NCBI GenBank assembly: GCA_964016885.1 | Contig: OZ024751.1 | Coordinates: 28,954,001 to 29,018,000 of the forward strand | DNA: 64,000 nt | Reading direction: 5' to 3' | Source: Eledone cirrhosa | Lineage: Eukaryota | Part shown: positions 13,816 through 29,233 of the stretch, one piece after another | How positions within the stretch are numbered: position 1 is the stretch's first letter | Layout: each line of letters begins with the position of its first letter | Made by a program: the position numbers and the translations under genes | The notes under the pieces: model-generated | Seen by the model: only the letters and a program-made list of their open reading frames with translations | What the model was told of the DNA's origin: nothing | Databases searched by the model: none

Positions 13816-14062
13816 ATCATTATCATCACTTTGTTTAATGTCCATTTTCCACGCTAGCATGGGTTAGACGGGAGTTGTCCCACTTGAGGCAAGGCTGGTC
13901 GGGTGACCGTGTCTCGCTCATATAGGACTATCTGGTAGGTTTTCTATGGCCTTCCTAACGCCAACCACATTTAGTGTGGAACTGGGAACTTTTTACCGTG
14001 TTACCTACACGGCCCCATTACAGCGTGGACTGTGTGTGTTTTTTTTTGTCGTGACACCTACA
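13816..14062 (-). mobile_element. RTE-type 3'UTR/tail fragment (sister subfamily)
   Basis: Similar to 51624-51870 and to the reverse complement of 63835-64000. Confidence 0.8.
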
Positions 14063-14130
14063 CAAACTCGATCTCATTTTCTCGTGCTGTTGGTGGGAGT
14101 GGGAGGATAGGGTAGGGGTAGTAGATTGGG

Positions 14131-14175
<45 letters not shown>

Positions 14176-14499
14176 TTATATAGTGCGTGTGTGTATCTTC
14201 CAATCTATCCCATCTGGTTTGTTCTAATGAACTCAAAGACCAGAGAGAGGGGGGTAAGATAAGCGAGGGTATAAGGGGGTTGATAGGAGAAACATGTATA
14301 TGTATATATATATGTGTGTGTGTATATATATATATATGTATGAGTGTGTGTGTGTTTTGTATATATATATGTTTGTATATAAATGTGCATATTTATATAT
14401 ATAAATGTGTGTCTATATATATGTTTGTATATGAATGCCTATATATATATATATAGGAACGATCGACTTTCATCAAATCGGACCGAGGGAACAATGTTT

Positions 14500-14645
14500 C
14501 CGTTGGTCTTTCCAATTGCTAATACTATCTATCGGTTGCAACTCCAGGTAGAAGGAGCAACATGAAATAAAGTGTCTTGCTCAAGGACATAACGCATCGC
14601 CTGGTCCAGGAATCGAACTCACAACCTTACGATTGCGAATCCAAT
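14500..14645 (-). mobile_element. SINE family S2 fragment
   Basis: GGAGCAACATGAAATAAAGTGTCTTGCTCAAGGACA and B-box complement GAATCGAACTC. Confidence 0.75.
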
Positions 14646-14971
14646 TCTTATATATATAGTTTAATGTAGTGTAACCTTATTATTGGTTCACCAACTTGCT
14701 GAAGACCATAACATATTGCCCGTCCAGGACTTGAACCTGTGACTTTAAGATCATGAGGCAACTGCTTCATTGCATTAATATGAGGTAGAGAAACCAACCT
14801 TCTCAACTTATATACAGTATATAAAGATAAGGAAGGAGTCTTCAGTCTTCAGTGGCTCTATTATTGACTCCGTGGTGGTATTCCAAAATATTTTAAGCCT
14901 TCCATTACCATATTTCCAATGCCATACATCTTATATCCATATTAATGAAGAATTTGAAGGGGTTTAATTAA

Positions 14972-15185
14972 CCCTTTAGCATTTAAACCGGTTATATCCG
15001 GCCAGAATTCTCTTTTTGTTAAAACTGGCTGTAACTGGCCACTCATACTTATGTTAAGGCATTGTTCTCAAAATAAATGATATCAAAAATCTCATAGATT
15101 CAACATTATGTGAGATAATTATGTAAGATAAAGCCTTACTGTGATAATATAATAGTAATTATAGAGTAATGTAAATGCTACTAGG
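14972..15185 (+). mobile_element. TTAA MITE family M1 (right end decayed)
   Basis: TTAA|CCCTTTAGCATTTAAACCGG start; homologous to 46742-46962. Confidence 0.85.
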
Positions 15186-15224
15186 TTCAGATAAACTTAA
15201 CAAAATGATTTTGTATATAATTAT

Positions 15225-15900
15225 GCTGGAAGGTTTTAATTTAAATAGGAACTCTTTAAATATGTAGTTTTTGTATCATAGAACCAGTGGTGGTTTTGGT
15301 CAGCTGGGTGTCAAAAGGTTGGGGTATGATTTGAAGGATATTTTATGAAAAACCAGCTGGCGGAAGACCCAGGTGTACAGTATGAGCAAGATGGTTGGAT
15401 AATATCAATGAGCTCGGATGGTCTCGCTTGAGGATCCAACCGGGTCAATTGACAGCAGTTGCTTTTGACAGAACCTTCTGGAAGGAGACATTGAGGACCC
15501 TGCCCTCAAGATCCTCTCTGGAATAAATGGGTAAAAAAAATAAATAGATGGGTTTAATTTAAGTAGGCCCCCTTTAAAATGCATGGTTGTGTTCCATAGA
15601 ACTGGAACCAGTTTTGGTCAGCTCGGTGTCAAATGGTTTAGGGTGTGTTTTGAGGGATATTTTGATGTAGAATTTAGAAGGATATAATTTAAATAAGAAC
15701 CTTTTAAAATGTGTGGTTTTGTTTCATAAAACTGGAATCAGTTTTGGTCAGTTTTGTGTCAAAAGGTTTAGGCTGTGTTTTGAAGAATATTTTTATGTAA
15801 AATTCGGAAGGATTCAATTTAAATTGGAACCCTTTAAAATGTGTGATTTTGTTTCATAGAATTAGATCCACTTTTGGTCAGTTTGGTGTCAGAAAGGCTA
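15225..15900. repeat. Diverged ~120-bp tandem repeat (transposon-end-like unit), interrupted by a LINE fragment
   Basis: Recurring TTTAATTTAAATAGGAAC...CATAGAAC...TTTTGGTCAG...GTGTCAAAAGGTT. Confidence 0.65.
15350..15535 (+). mobile_element. LINE (RTE-like) 3' ORF fragment
   Basis: GGRPRCTV*ARWLDNINELGWSRLRIQPGQLTAVAFDRTFWKETLRTL; same family as 58795-59530. Confidence 0.7.
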
Positions 15901-16152
15901 AAGCAGTAATAAGACTTAATTGCAAATTGAACTCAGAATTTTAATATACAGAACTAATAAATGCAGCAAATTAACCATGGCTTACTAAACACACACACAC
16001 ACACTAGTTCAACAATCTCTTTAATTCCGTTACCATAACAACTAATGATGTCTCAAGATTCTGATAAAAATCTTTATTAATTATCAGAAAATAACATTGG
16101 GAAGAGAAAAAATACATATATGTCTGTGTAAGTGTATGTGTATATATCTATA

Positions 16153-16196
<44 letters not shown>

Positions 16197-16262
16197 ATAT
16201 GTGTGTGTATACACACACATCCTCAAACTTATATGTATTTTTTCCTCTTCCCAATGTTTCTG

Positions 16263-16401
<139 letters not shown>

Positions 16402-16474
16402 TATGTGTGTGTATATATATATGTATATATATATATGTGTGTGTGTATATATATATGTATATATATATGTATAT

Positions 16475-16520
<46 letters not shown>

Positions 16521-16549
16521 GTATATGTATATGTATATATATATATGTA

Positions 16550-16590
<41 letters not shown>

Positions 16591-17040
16591 ATGTATATGT
16601 ATATATATGTATATATATATATATATATACATATATATATGTGTGTGTATATATTTAGAAAATATACAAAATTAATAACACAAAATTATTGATAAAATTT
16701 TTTATAAAAAATATTTTATAGGTAAAATAAAGATTACTATGATAAAATTAATTAGTAAACGTAATTAGCACAAAGATGTTAAAATTCTAATAAAATTTTT
16801 ACTTAAAATATTAGAAAACAACTTTTTAAAAGGTTATTTTCATTTTAACACCTATTTAGGAAAACAAAAATGAAAAATACAACAGAAGGAAAAAATAGTT
16901 TAATACCAGAAGTACTTTCTTTTATATATAAATTAATGTAATATATATTGTATATATATGTATTATATATATATAAATATATATAAAATGATGATGATGA
17001 TGATATTGTATATATATATATATTATATATATATTGTATT

Positions 17041-17120
<80 letters not shown>

Positions 17121-17340
17121 CATTTAAATATATCTATATACCCCCCTCACTGGATAGGGTAGGGGTACCCCCCCTCACTGATGTATATGTACTTGCATAC
17201 ACACACACATATAAATGTGTCTGCGTATGTGTATGTAGGACATTCAAATATATCTATATACTACTAACTCATATATATATATATATATATATACTTACAC
17301 ACACACATATATATATATACTTACACACACACACCCCATG

Positions 17341-17479
17341 TATGTAGTTGGCAACCAGGAGAAAAGAGTACTCAATACCAAAGTAGAGTTTAAATATTCA
17401 ATTTATTAAGGCTAAATAGTGAGTCTTGTTACTCTGGAGTTTCGCCTGTGAGAAGCAGGTGAAATTCCAGATTAACAAG
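17341..17479 (-). mobile_element. Family C short element: 3'-half hammerhead with fold-back at stem II
   Basis: Minus strand reads CCTG-CTTCTCA-CAGGC GAAA CTCCAGAG TA ACAAG...GTATTGAGTACTC; inverted arms at 17425-17448 and 17456-17479. Confidence 0.6.
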
Positions 17480-18096
17480 GCATAATTTATGAGGATTTTG
17501 GCAACAAAAGGATTAAAATATTTATATTTGACCTAAAAACCTTCCATCATAATTTTATGTAAGAACTTTTATTGAGTTATGTTCCAAACAACCTGAATCA
17601 CCTCTTGGTTCAATGATACAAAACTGTTTATTTCAAAATATTTATGTTTAACATAAAACCTTCCATCATAATTTTATGTAAGAACCTTTAAGTTATGTTC
17701 CAAACACCAGTTTAATAAATTGATATTACTAAATCCTTCCAAATGTTTTACCATTTTCAAAATTATATGAAAACCATAGGCAATGTCCTTCATTGGAAAT
17801 TAATTAAGAAAAGGGTTACCCATAAATATTCTGAAGAATTGTGTTCTCTCCTGTTGTTAATTATGGTGAAATTCCTGAATTTATCATAGAAATTGTCCAT
17901 AATATAACAATGGAACTGAAATAGATTCTTAACCCTTTTTTTGCCAGATCACCTGAAACCACCCTTGGCTTTACAATCCAAAGCTTATTCATTTTAAAAT
18001 GTTTATATTTATCTAAAAGTCTTCCAGCTGGTACCTGGGAAATACAGGGTTTGATTCCTTGTAGAAGCCGAAGACAACTTCTTTTCCCATCTTTAA

Positions 18097-18307
18097 CCGT
18101 TTAGCATTTATATTACTTTATATTTACTATTATATTTTCATGGTAAAGGCTTTACCTCACATAATTATCTCACATAATATCAAATCTATGAGATTTTGAT
18201 ATTTTTTAATTTGAGAACAATACCTTAACATCATTATGAGTGACTAGTTACATCCGGTTTGAACAGAAAGAGGTGAGAGAATTCTGGCCAGTTTAAATGC
18301 TAAAGGG
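18097..18307 (-). mobile_element. TTAA MITE family M1
   Basis: TIRs CCGTTTAGCATTTA / TAAATGCTAAAGGG, flanks TTAA/CTAA. Confidence 0.85.
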
Positions 18308-18733
18308 CTAAGAGACTTCCCCCTATTTTATAAGCATCTCTCTTGCATGAGCTCACCACTCTTTATGTTATCTTCTATTATAATCTTATATAATAACCAT
18401 TAAAACATTATCTTCCAAACACCTACACGCTAATGAGAAAGTTAGTTATATTATTAATACCTTTCAAATTCTTGATTACTTTCAAATCTAATTGCAGATC
18501 ACAAGTACTATCTTCCATTAGATATATGCGACTGAAAGGATTAGAGAGAGATTGGGAATTATCAGTTTAGACTAGTAAGGCCATGTTCAGCTAAGTACTC
18601 AATACCTGGGAAAATAAAGTTCATGTATACTGATGGCTGAGCTCACACTCAGGCACTAACTTTTCACTATATGTGTGTGTTTATATATATATATGTAGGC
18701 CAAGTCTTGCTAGCATGTAAAATGATGCTGATG

Positions 18734-18770
<37 letters not shown>

Positions 18771-20216
18771 ATAGTGTGTGTAATATATACATACACACAC
18801 ACCTAGACATTTTCTTTCTTAGTGTTATGTACTCAAGTCTCTCCCAAAACCTGCTGATTCCCAGATTCCCTCGCCATTGGAACTACTGCCAACTGCTATT
18901 TGCAAAAATCAATGAAACTTTAGATTTCAGATTAAATAAAAAAAAAAAATAACAAAAAACAACCAACCCCACCAAAAAAAATCAGAACAAAAAATCCCCC
19001 CTGAAAAAAACTACAATAAAAATATTAAAAGAATAAGTAAAAAAAATCAAATAATGTTAGAAAGTTTTGGAAGATTCATTGTGCCAGACCAGTTTTCTTT
19101 TAATGTGTTTCATATGTTGCAGGAATTTTCTAGGTGTACTATCAAATTCCATCTTCCTCTTATTTCCCATCATTTACCATTTTCTCACAGGTGTGGAACC
19201 TTTACGTTATTACCATTATTGCTGTTATTTTTGTTGTTGTTGTTAGCTTTTCTACTAAGCACACTGTTCTTTTGTATTATGTGAGAATGGTTGACCAACC
19301 TGACACTCTTTTCTTCTTCCTGTAACCTGCCTACCTGCAACATACCTGAGTTCTTCTTTCATAAGTTCCACACTTACACTAGAATTTCCGCTAGACTTCA
19401 AAGTAAACATCTTGTTTACTCCTTTGGCGCTACAAATGTTTTTTTTTTGTTTTTTTTGGGGGGTTTGTTTCTTTGTTGTCTTTTTAGGTTTTTTTTTTTA
19501 CATTTTAACATGGGCAGGATGATGCTGATAGTGTTACTGTTGTTGTAGTTGCTGTTGTGGTGGTGGTGGTTGTTGTGGTGGTTGATGTTCTGATGGTTGT
19601 TGTTGTTGTTGTTGTTGTTATTGTTGTAGTTGTTTTGTTGCTGATGTTGTGGCTGTTGTCAAGAATTTTGATCTGACTTGATGGAACATGTATTTTTACT
19701 GTTGGATGAATGCCTGTCCTTTCCTCCCACCACCACTCAATCATGGAAGTGAGAGTGGCACACGTTTTTCACCTTGTCAGGTTGTTGAATCTATAGTAAT
19801 ATAAATTTAATGAAGATATAACTATGTTTGATTTTTAATTAGATGTCTTCATTGTGAAAACAATAAAATATAAACACTTTTAATTATTCCTCTGGGCACA
19901 AAAAAACAAGAAACTTCCTTTATGCATTTTGGAGATTCATGACTTCTCATCAGAAAATAACTACTTGCTATGATTCTGACTACTGAGCAATCTTATTATA
20001 ACTATGCTATAAATATTAAGCAGGATAAATAATATAACAAGTGGCTAGTCTAATTTACATGATGTGCATGTGTTTGGCAATGTAATTCATTAAATAAGTA
20101 TTTATGTTGGAATACAGCAAGGTAAACTTAATGTGGATTTAGCTACAATTTTTGAATTACAAGCCAAGTATTTTAACTCTTAACCTGCTGTAATGATTTC
20201 ACAGAGAATATTGTAA

Positions 20217-20415
20217 CTCTTTAGCATTTAAACTGGCCATAACCGGCCAGAATTCTCTCACCTCTTTATGTTCAAACCGGCCGTAACTGGCCTCTCATAC
20301 TGATGTTAAGGTATTGTTTTGAAAATAAATAACATCAAAATCTTGTAGGTTCGATATTATGTGAGCTAAAGCCTTTACCATGAAAATATAATAGTATATA
20401 GAGTAATATAAATGG
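20217..20415 (+). mobile_element. TTAA MITE family M1 (right end lost in (TA)n)
   Basis: Homologous to 46742-46962. Confidence 0.85.
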
Positions 20416-20426
20416 TATATATAAAT

Positions 20427-20480
<54 letters not shown>

Positions 20481-21585
20481 TAGGGGAGATGATTTCTTGT
20501 AATGTCACCAGTATTCCCTCTCATTTATTTTCATTTTACATCCACCCCACCATATATATTTTCATTTCATTATCCACCTCACCTCATTTTTTTCATTTTA
20601 CATCTATATCCCTTTCATTTCTTTCATTTCACATCTCATTCCTCATTCTTTTCTTTCATTTCACATCTCACCCCTTCATCCTTTTCTTTCATTTAATATC
20701 CATATCACCTCTTTTTTTTTCAATCTTCTTTTTCCTTCTCCCATTTTCATATCTTTCCTTCTTCCTCACAACCTCATAATTCTTTCTTTAATTCCTTTTT
20801 TTTCTTTCATTTGTTTCAATCTTCTATTCCTTCCTTTCCTACCCACATTTCTTCTGTCACACAACACCACTACCACCACCATCATCAACACCAACATCAC
20901 AACCACCATCACCACCACAACCACCATCACCACCACAACCACCACCACCACCACCACAACCACCACCATCACCAGCATCACAACCACCATCACCAACATC
21001 ACCACCAACATCACCAACATCACAACGAACACCATCACCAACACAACCACCACCATCATCAACACCAACATCACAACCACCATCAACAACACCACCATCA
21101 CCATCACCACCACAACCACCACCATCACCACCACAACCACCATCATCATCACCACCACAACCACCACCATCACCAGCATCACAACCACCATCACAACCAA
21201 CATCACCAACATCACAACCAACACCCCATCACCAACACTACCACCACCATCATCAACATCACAACCAACACAACCACCATCACCATCACCACTACTACTA
21301 ACACCACCACCACTACTATCACTACTACCACCATCATCACTACTAACACCACCACCACCACTACCACCACTACCACTGCTAACACCACTACCACCACCAC
21401 CACCACCACCACCACCACCACCACTACTAACACCACCACCACTATCACATTATCTTTTCATCAAATTTTCTGTAAACATTAAAGATAAAATATGAAATAT
21501 ACATTTCTAGTCTGACCATTCATTGGTCATACATATATATATATATGTGTATGTGTATAAGTGTGTAAGTATGTGTATATTTATT

Positions 21586-21623
<38 letters not shown>

Positions 21624-22007
21624 GGGGAGTGTGTCTGTGTGTGGGAGTGTATATAAGTGTGTGTGTATATGTGTGTGTTTGTGTGTGTATGTACATATGT
21701 GTATATGTACATATATGTATATTATGAGTAAATATAAACATGTCTATATATATATATATATATGTGAGTGTGTATACATAACTGTATATAAATTTGTAAG
21801 TATATTTCATAAGATATAATTAAACTTTTTTCCTGGTTTTCTTACCCATCAAAATATATTTTTTTCATTTGACAAGTAATAATAATAATAAAAAGAATAA
21901 CAACAATAAATAACCACTTAGAAAAAAAAGCAACAATAAAAAGGACTATTTTTCAGAAAAATGTCATTCTTTGTTCATGTCCTTGTGCAAAAAATGTGTA
22001 TATATAT

Positions 22008-22049
<42 letters not shown>

Positions 22050-22158
22050 ACCATTTTATATGTATGTGTGTATAGTTATTACCATTATCTATATATATAT
22101 ACACCAACACATACAGAGATGTGCCCATATATTTATATATATGTATGTATATAGAAAT

Positions 22159-22199
<41 letters not shown>

Positions 22200-23047
22200 C
22201 ACCATTATATATATGTATATAGAAATTTGTGTGTCTATATATATATAATAACCATCATATATATATGTGTGTGTGTGTATATATGTGTGTATATATATAT
22301 GTGTGTGTGTATATATGTATATATAAAATAACCATTTATATACATATATATATACAGACAAACATTTGCCCATATATTTATATATATGTACGTATGTAGA
22401 AATGTGTGTGTGTGTATATATATATAACAATATAAAATATTACTTATGTTATAGTTGTAGTTGTTCATGTTGTTTCTTCAGATCTTTTAATATGAATTTG
22501 ATTTGCTTAACAAAAAACAAAAATCAAAAACCCTCACCAAAAAACAACAAAACAAAACACATACAAAACAAGGTAACAAAAGAAAAACAAAAACAAAGAA
22601 ATAACACAACAATAATAAAAAGACGCCCCCCCCCCAAAAAAAAAATGCATAAAATGAAAAACAAACAACAAACTATTTTATGTTTTTTATTTTACCATAT
22701 ATTTTTATTATTATTATTTTTTTCTTTCTCTTCTTATTGTCATTCTTTAATATTTTCTTTAATATATATAATTTTATATTTTCTTTCATCACTGCCAGTC
22801 TATATAATTTCATTCTATATATATATATATAAACATACATACATTATATATATATATATATGCATTATATATATATATAGAATATATATATGTATGTATA
22901 TAATGTATATGTATACATACATTATATATATGTATATAGAATATATATATATATATATTATATATATATATTTAGAATGTATGTATATATATATTTTTCC
23001 TTCCTTTGGTTTATAAATTTTGTATTTTGGCTGCATTTTACTTAAAC

Positions 23048-23107
<60 letters not shown>

Positions 23108-23202
23108 ACAACATAACATCATATACATTTTTCTTTTCCTAATATATTTGCCAAGTGTATGAGTGTGATGTGTGTCAGAATTTTTACCTGTTTTAATATA
23201 CA

Positions 23203-23241
<39 letters not shown>

Positions 23242-23361
23242 TTGTTTGTTTTATTTTCTAACAGAATTTTTTTGGGGGGTGAGGGTTATTGTTTGCGACA
23301 GAGGGGTGGGTGTTAATTTTTTTTATGTCTTTCAACTTTCATTACAATATATTTCCTTATA

Positions 23362-23412
<51 letters not shown>

Positions 23413-24214
23413 CACACACATACACACAGGGTGATATTTTTTTTTACAGTTTATGTCTTTACTCTTCTAGTTTTCTTTTTTAAAGTTTACGTCAGATATT
23501 TTGGTGGTTTATTTTATGATCGGTCCAAAGCAACTTTTTTCTGATTTTTATTTAAAGCGCTTATTGTTGATATTATTGTTGCTGTTGTTGTTATTATTAT
23601 TATTACCAGAATCGGTAGAGCAGGGAAAATAAAATTGTATTGTGATATTATTAAGTTAACGTCTGTATGTCTGTTTTCTGAGTTCAAATTGCAGCCAGGT
23701 AGTCTTCGTAAAACTTTCTTCTGGGGTGGTTTGTGTTGATAAAATAAAATATAAATCACATACAATGTGTGTTGGTGGTGGTGATGGTGGTGGTGTGCTG
23801 ATGCTGGTGGGGGGTATATTTGCCTTTTACCTCCCCAACCTGAAAATTCTTGACCTTGTACATCTAGGCAGGTTTTGTAAACCTTTCTTCTAGGGGTGAG
23901 TAGTGTTGATAAAATAAAGTAAAAATGACATTATAATGTGGTGTGGGTGGAAATATTTGCCTTTTCCCACCCTGCTAATTTTTTGCTTTTCCCATCTGTG
24001 TAGTTTTTGTAAAACTTTCTTCCGGGGCTAGGTGTTTTTCATAAAACTACAAATCACATACAGTGAGGTGGTCATTTGTCGGGGTATATTTGCCTGTTCC
24101 CTACCCTTAATATTCTTTGCTTTGTACATGTTAACTTGGTGGAATGGCTGGGTCCTTAGAGCATTTGATAATGTTTCTACATCATCATATGTTATCATGA
24201 ATATTGTGTTGTGC

Positions 24215-24342
24215 CAACCCATGCAAGCTGACCTGGTCAACCCATGCAAGCTGACCTGGTCAACCCATGCAAGCTGACCTGGTCAACCCATGCAAGCTGA
24301 CCTGGTCAACCCATGCAAGCTGACCTGGTCAACCCATGCAAG
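24215..24342. repeat. 23-bp perfect tandem repeat CAACCCATGCAAGCTGACCTGGT, 5.5 copies
   Basis: Direct inspection; the unit contains the CCCATGC(T/A)AGC motif of RTE tails. Confidence 0.95.
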
Positions 24343-24489
24343 TGAACCCATCCAACAAACGCCTGTTCAATCCTTGCAAACATGGAACAACAAGACGATG
24401 ATGATTGTGAAGGTATCTGGTTTAGTGGTTAGGGTGCTTGGCTCATAATTGTGCGGCCATGAGTTTGATTCCCAGATCAGGTCGCAATT

Positions 24490-24815
24490 TATGAGATGAG
24501 TGATGGAAATGGAGCCAGTGATGAATGTTGTGAAGATAAACGGAGTGAGATGACTAGGTCATGTGTTGAGGAAGGATGAAAATGATTATGTGAGAGGAAT
24601 AGAGCCAGTGATGAATGTTGTGAAGAGAAGTGGAACGAGATGGCTAGGTCATGTGTTGAGGAAGGGTGAAAGCGGTTGTGTGAGAGGAGTGAATGGAATT
24701 AATGTTGAAGGAGGTAGAGAAAGGAACACGTGAAGAAAAACATGTCTAAAAATGATGGACGAAGAAGAGAAAGCAGTGAATGAGAAGGGATATGTGGACG
24801 ATATGGCAAAATGGA
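24490..24815 (+). mobile_element. Decayed RTE LINE 3' ORF fragment with internal duplication
   Basis: VMNVVKRSGTRWLGHVLRKGESGCVRGVNGINVEGGR-like segment present twice. Confidence 0.7.
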
Positions 24816-25224
24816 AAAGCTTGTCATGGGTCCTTTCCTTTTCAAAGTTAATCCCTTTTTTTAGTAGGGACTATGGCTTTAAAATCTTAAAATGTGTTAT
24901 TGTTGCTTCAACCATTGGGAAGCAGTGTCACTTGTACAGTTTTGTAGGTTTTTTTAAGTTTTTTTATTCATAAGAACATTTTTGAAAAACTGTCCAGCTT
25001 TTTATTACTTTTAATTTATTTTATCATTAAAATTAATTTGATTCTGTTTTTATTTGTTTATTTTAATTTATTTATTTAATTTTTGTTTCTTGTGTTTAGT
25101 TTTGATATTTGTCGTGATTATATGTGAAGGGTTTTTGTTGTTTTTTGTAATATATATATCAAGGTGTATATATATATATGTATCTACACATACATATTTT
25201 CATGAATATATATATATATATATA

Positions 25225-25304
<80 letters not shown>

Positions 25305-28147
25305 TTTATATATATATTTATGTGTGTATATATATATATATATACACACATATTTATATATATATTTATATATATTTGTGTGTGTGTATATATATATGTA
25401 TATATATATATAAAGGTTTTTGTCCATAACTAAAATGTATTTGATTTGATATCTGTTGTTGTTTTAGTTGTTGTCATGATGATTTTTGTCTTTTGTTTTA
25501 CCTCTCTGGAGATTCTTCTAAAATGCTTCTTCTGCAAAATTATGCCATCTTCTTCATGTTTTCCATGCCATTAAGTTTGTTATTCTAACAACTGATGATG
25601 TTGGTGGTTATGGTGGTGGTTGTGGTGATGGTGGTGGTGGTGGTGGTGGTGGTGGTTGTGGTGATGGTGATGGTGGTGGTGGTGGTGGTGGTGGTTGGTT
25701 ATGGTGGTGGTGGTGGTGGTGTTGATGGTGGTGGTGGTTGGTTATGGTGGTGGTTGTGGTGTTGATGGTGGTGGTGGTGGTGGTGGTTGGTTATGGTGGT
25801 GGTGGTTGGTTATGGTGGTGGTTGTGGTGTTGATGGAGGTTGGTTATGGTGGTGGTTGTGGTGTTGATGGTGGTGGTGGTGGTGGTTGGTTATGGTGGTG
25901 GTTGTGGTGTTGATGGTGGTGGTGGTGGTGGTGCTGGTGATGGTGGTGATTGTGATGGTGGTGATGGTTGTGGTTGTTGTGGTGGTGATGGTGGTGGTGG
26001 TGGTGGTGGTGGTGATGGTGGTGGTTGTGATGGTGGTGATGGTGGTGGTGATGATGATAGTAATGGTGGTGGTGGTCTTGGTGATGGTGGTGGTTGTGAT
26101 GGTCGTGGTGGTCTTGGTGGTGGTGGTGATGGTGATGTTGCTACTGTTGTTGGTTCTTATAGAAGATGAAACACCACCACCATCATCCCTACCACCACCA
26201 CCACCACCATCATTCCTACCACCACCACCATCACCACCATCATCCCTACCATCACCATCATCCTTACCACCACCATCATCCCTATCATCACCACCACCAC
26301 CACCACCATCATCATCCCTACCACCACCACCCCTACCACCATCACCCCTATCACCCCCTACCCCACCCACCCCAACCACCATCACCACCATCACCATCCC
26401 TATCATCACCCCCACCCCACCCCTACCACCATCACCACCACTAGCACCATTTTCAAAATGTAAATCCATTAAAATCCATCAGTTGCTAAATGTCATCATC
26501 ATCATCTTCGTTATGATCATTGTTATCATCTCTCTCTCCCCCTCTCTCTCCATCTTCATCTCCTCTCTTTCCACCCCCCCCCCTCTCCATCATCTTCTCC
26601 ATCAAGGAATTCTGAGAATTTAATAAATCTGCTCAACTTTGGAACTGTTAAATATCCAGATTTATGGGCCAATGTGTTATTTTGGCTGTAGATGGTTTGT
26701 AGTTACCCCTTGTCTTGAACACTGTACACCAGGTGGACAGTGGAAGATGGGTGGGGCTGAAAGTTGAAAGGGGGGGTAGCAGCATGTGTGTGTGTGTGTG
26801 TGTGTGTTATATCGTAGCAGTGTGTGTTATATCATAGCATGTGTGTGTGTGTGTTATGTGGTAGCAGCATGTGTGTGTGTGTTATATCGTAGCAGTGTGT
26901 GTTATATCATAGCATGTGTGTGTGTGTTATATCGTAGCAGTGTGTGTGTGTATTATATGGTAACATGTGTGTGTGTGTTATGTGGTAGCAGCATGTGTGT
27001 GTGTGTGTATATTGTAGTAGTATGTGTTGTCATGATAGGGGTGGTTGACAGTGAAAGGGTGGTGTGTGTGTGTGTGTGTGTGTGTGTCTAATATATAGGG
27101 TGGGAGGTGGGGGTGTATATAGGGGTGGAGAGTTATTATGCAGCAGGGGTGTGTGTTAAGTATGTCGCTAATGTGTAATGTGAATACATGCAGAACTGCA
27201 TGTGTGTGTGCACATGTGTGCATATGCATGTATGTGTGTGTGTGTGTGTGTGTGTATAGGATATAGGGGGTGTTTTTAATAATGGGAGTTTATTGTGTGT
27301 ATTTTCTCTGTGTGAAAACATGCACAGAAATGCATGAGTGTATGTGTAGATGCATGTGTATGTGTATGTGTATATGTATGTGTGTATGTGTACATTCATG
27401 TGTATGTGTACATGCTTGTGTGCACATGCATGGGTGCGTGTGTGTATGTATATATATGTGTACGTGCATGTGTGTATGTGTACGTGCATGTGTGTATGTG
27501 TACGTGCATGTGTGTATGTGCATGTGTGTTTTTTTTTGGCAATGTTCAGAGGGTGCCTGTAAAATGTTTCGGGTTTGAGATATTTTGTCAATCTGTTTAT
27601 ATATATATATATATGCATGTGAATGTATGTAGATGTTTATGTGTATATTTGCATGGGTGTATATCTATATATATGCATGTGAGTGTATGTAGATGTTTAT
27701 GTGTATATTTGCATGGGTGTATATCTGTATATATGCATGTGAGTGTATGTAGATGTTTATGTGTATATATGCATGGGTGTATATCTGTATATATGCATGA
27801 GTGTATTATATATATACATGAGTGTGTATGTGTCTATATATGTATGTATGTGTCTGTGTGTGTTTGTAGGGAGGGGGGGGTGTTCTAAAGTTTGAAGGAA
27901 TGCTTGGTCATTCATCTTTCTGTAAAAACACCCAGTACACTCTGTAAAGTAGTTTGTGTTAAGAAGGTCACCCATCCATAGATGTGGTCTCCTTCCTTAA
28001 GACCTTTCTAGAATATGTTCACCCATGCTGGGTTCTATTGCCCCCAGCCAGTGTATATGCTCAGCATCTCAAAATGGGGGGCAGTATACTATCTTGGTCG
28101 GCAATGACCAGTCTAGTCATGATGTAAAACTTTGATAACGATGATAA

Positions 28148-28334
28148 TGGCTTCTGATTAAGGCAAAAGGCCATCAATTTTGGGGGAAGGGAAAGTCAAT
28201 TAACTCGACGCCAGTGTATTACTGGTACTTTATTTTATCGATCCCGGAAGGATGAAAGGCAAAGTTAAAGACTGTAAAGGGCCCTAACTCTATGCTGCAA
28301 AGCTTGGCATCCGACCCTCCTGATATTGCCAATC
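28148..28334 (-). mobile_element. SINE family S1
   Basis: Same central block and tRNA-like head as the 43328 copy. Confidence 0.85.
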
Positions 28335-29199
28335 GAAATGAAAATGATATTGAACATAAAAAGAAAATCAGAACAAGTTCGTTAAAAATTGAAACTGATA
28401 AACTTAAATTAAATTGAATTGAAATAAATAAAATAAATAGATTTGAAAATTGAAAAATAGAAGTTGATAAAAAAAAAAAAAGAATGTAATTGCAATTCAA
28501 TGATTGTAAATTAAATTGTATTCTATTGAACTGAATTGATCTGCTAGAGAATTGAATTGTTAATTGTATAATTGTTTTTATACAATTTGATAATAATAAT
28601 TTAAGTGTAAAGATTCTCCTCTCTCTTGTTTTTTTTTGTCATTTAAAAAAAATATCAGCATCAACATACTCCCCCTCCTCCTCCTCCTCCCCTCCTCCTC
28701 CTCAGGACCACTCTGTTGACATCATCATCATCATTATACTCTTCATTGCCATCAACACCATTATCATCATCATAAACACCACCATAAATATCATCACCAT
28801 CATCATCCCCATCATCACCATCACCATCATCATCCCCACCATCACCATCATCATCCCCATTGTCATCATCATCAACATCCCCATTGTCATCCCCATCACC
28901 ATCTCCATCACCATCACCATCATCATCATCATCTCCATCATCATCACCATCACCATCACCATCATCATCATCATCATCATCTCCATCACCATCCCCATCA
29001 CCATCTCCATCATCATCATCATCATCACCATCACCATCCCCATCATCATCTCCATCACCATCCCCATCACCATCTCCATCACCATCTTCATCATCATCAT
29101 CATCATCCCCATCATCATCCCCATCATCATCCCCATCATCATCACCATCGTCTGTAATTGAATATAATTAGTAAGAGAGTTCTTTACTACTGCTGTTGC

Positions 29200-29233
<34 letters not shown>

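Noticed and set aside
17825-17885. CTGAAGA...GAAA hammerhead candidate
   Set aside because: Stem I does not pair and stem II is mostly wobble pairs.
19915-19960. Minus-strand CTGATGA hammerhead candidate
   Set aside because: There is no GAAA in register (CAAA/AAAA) and the stems are weak.
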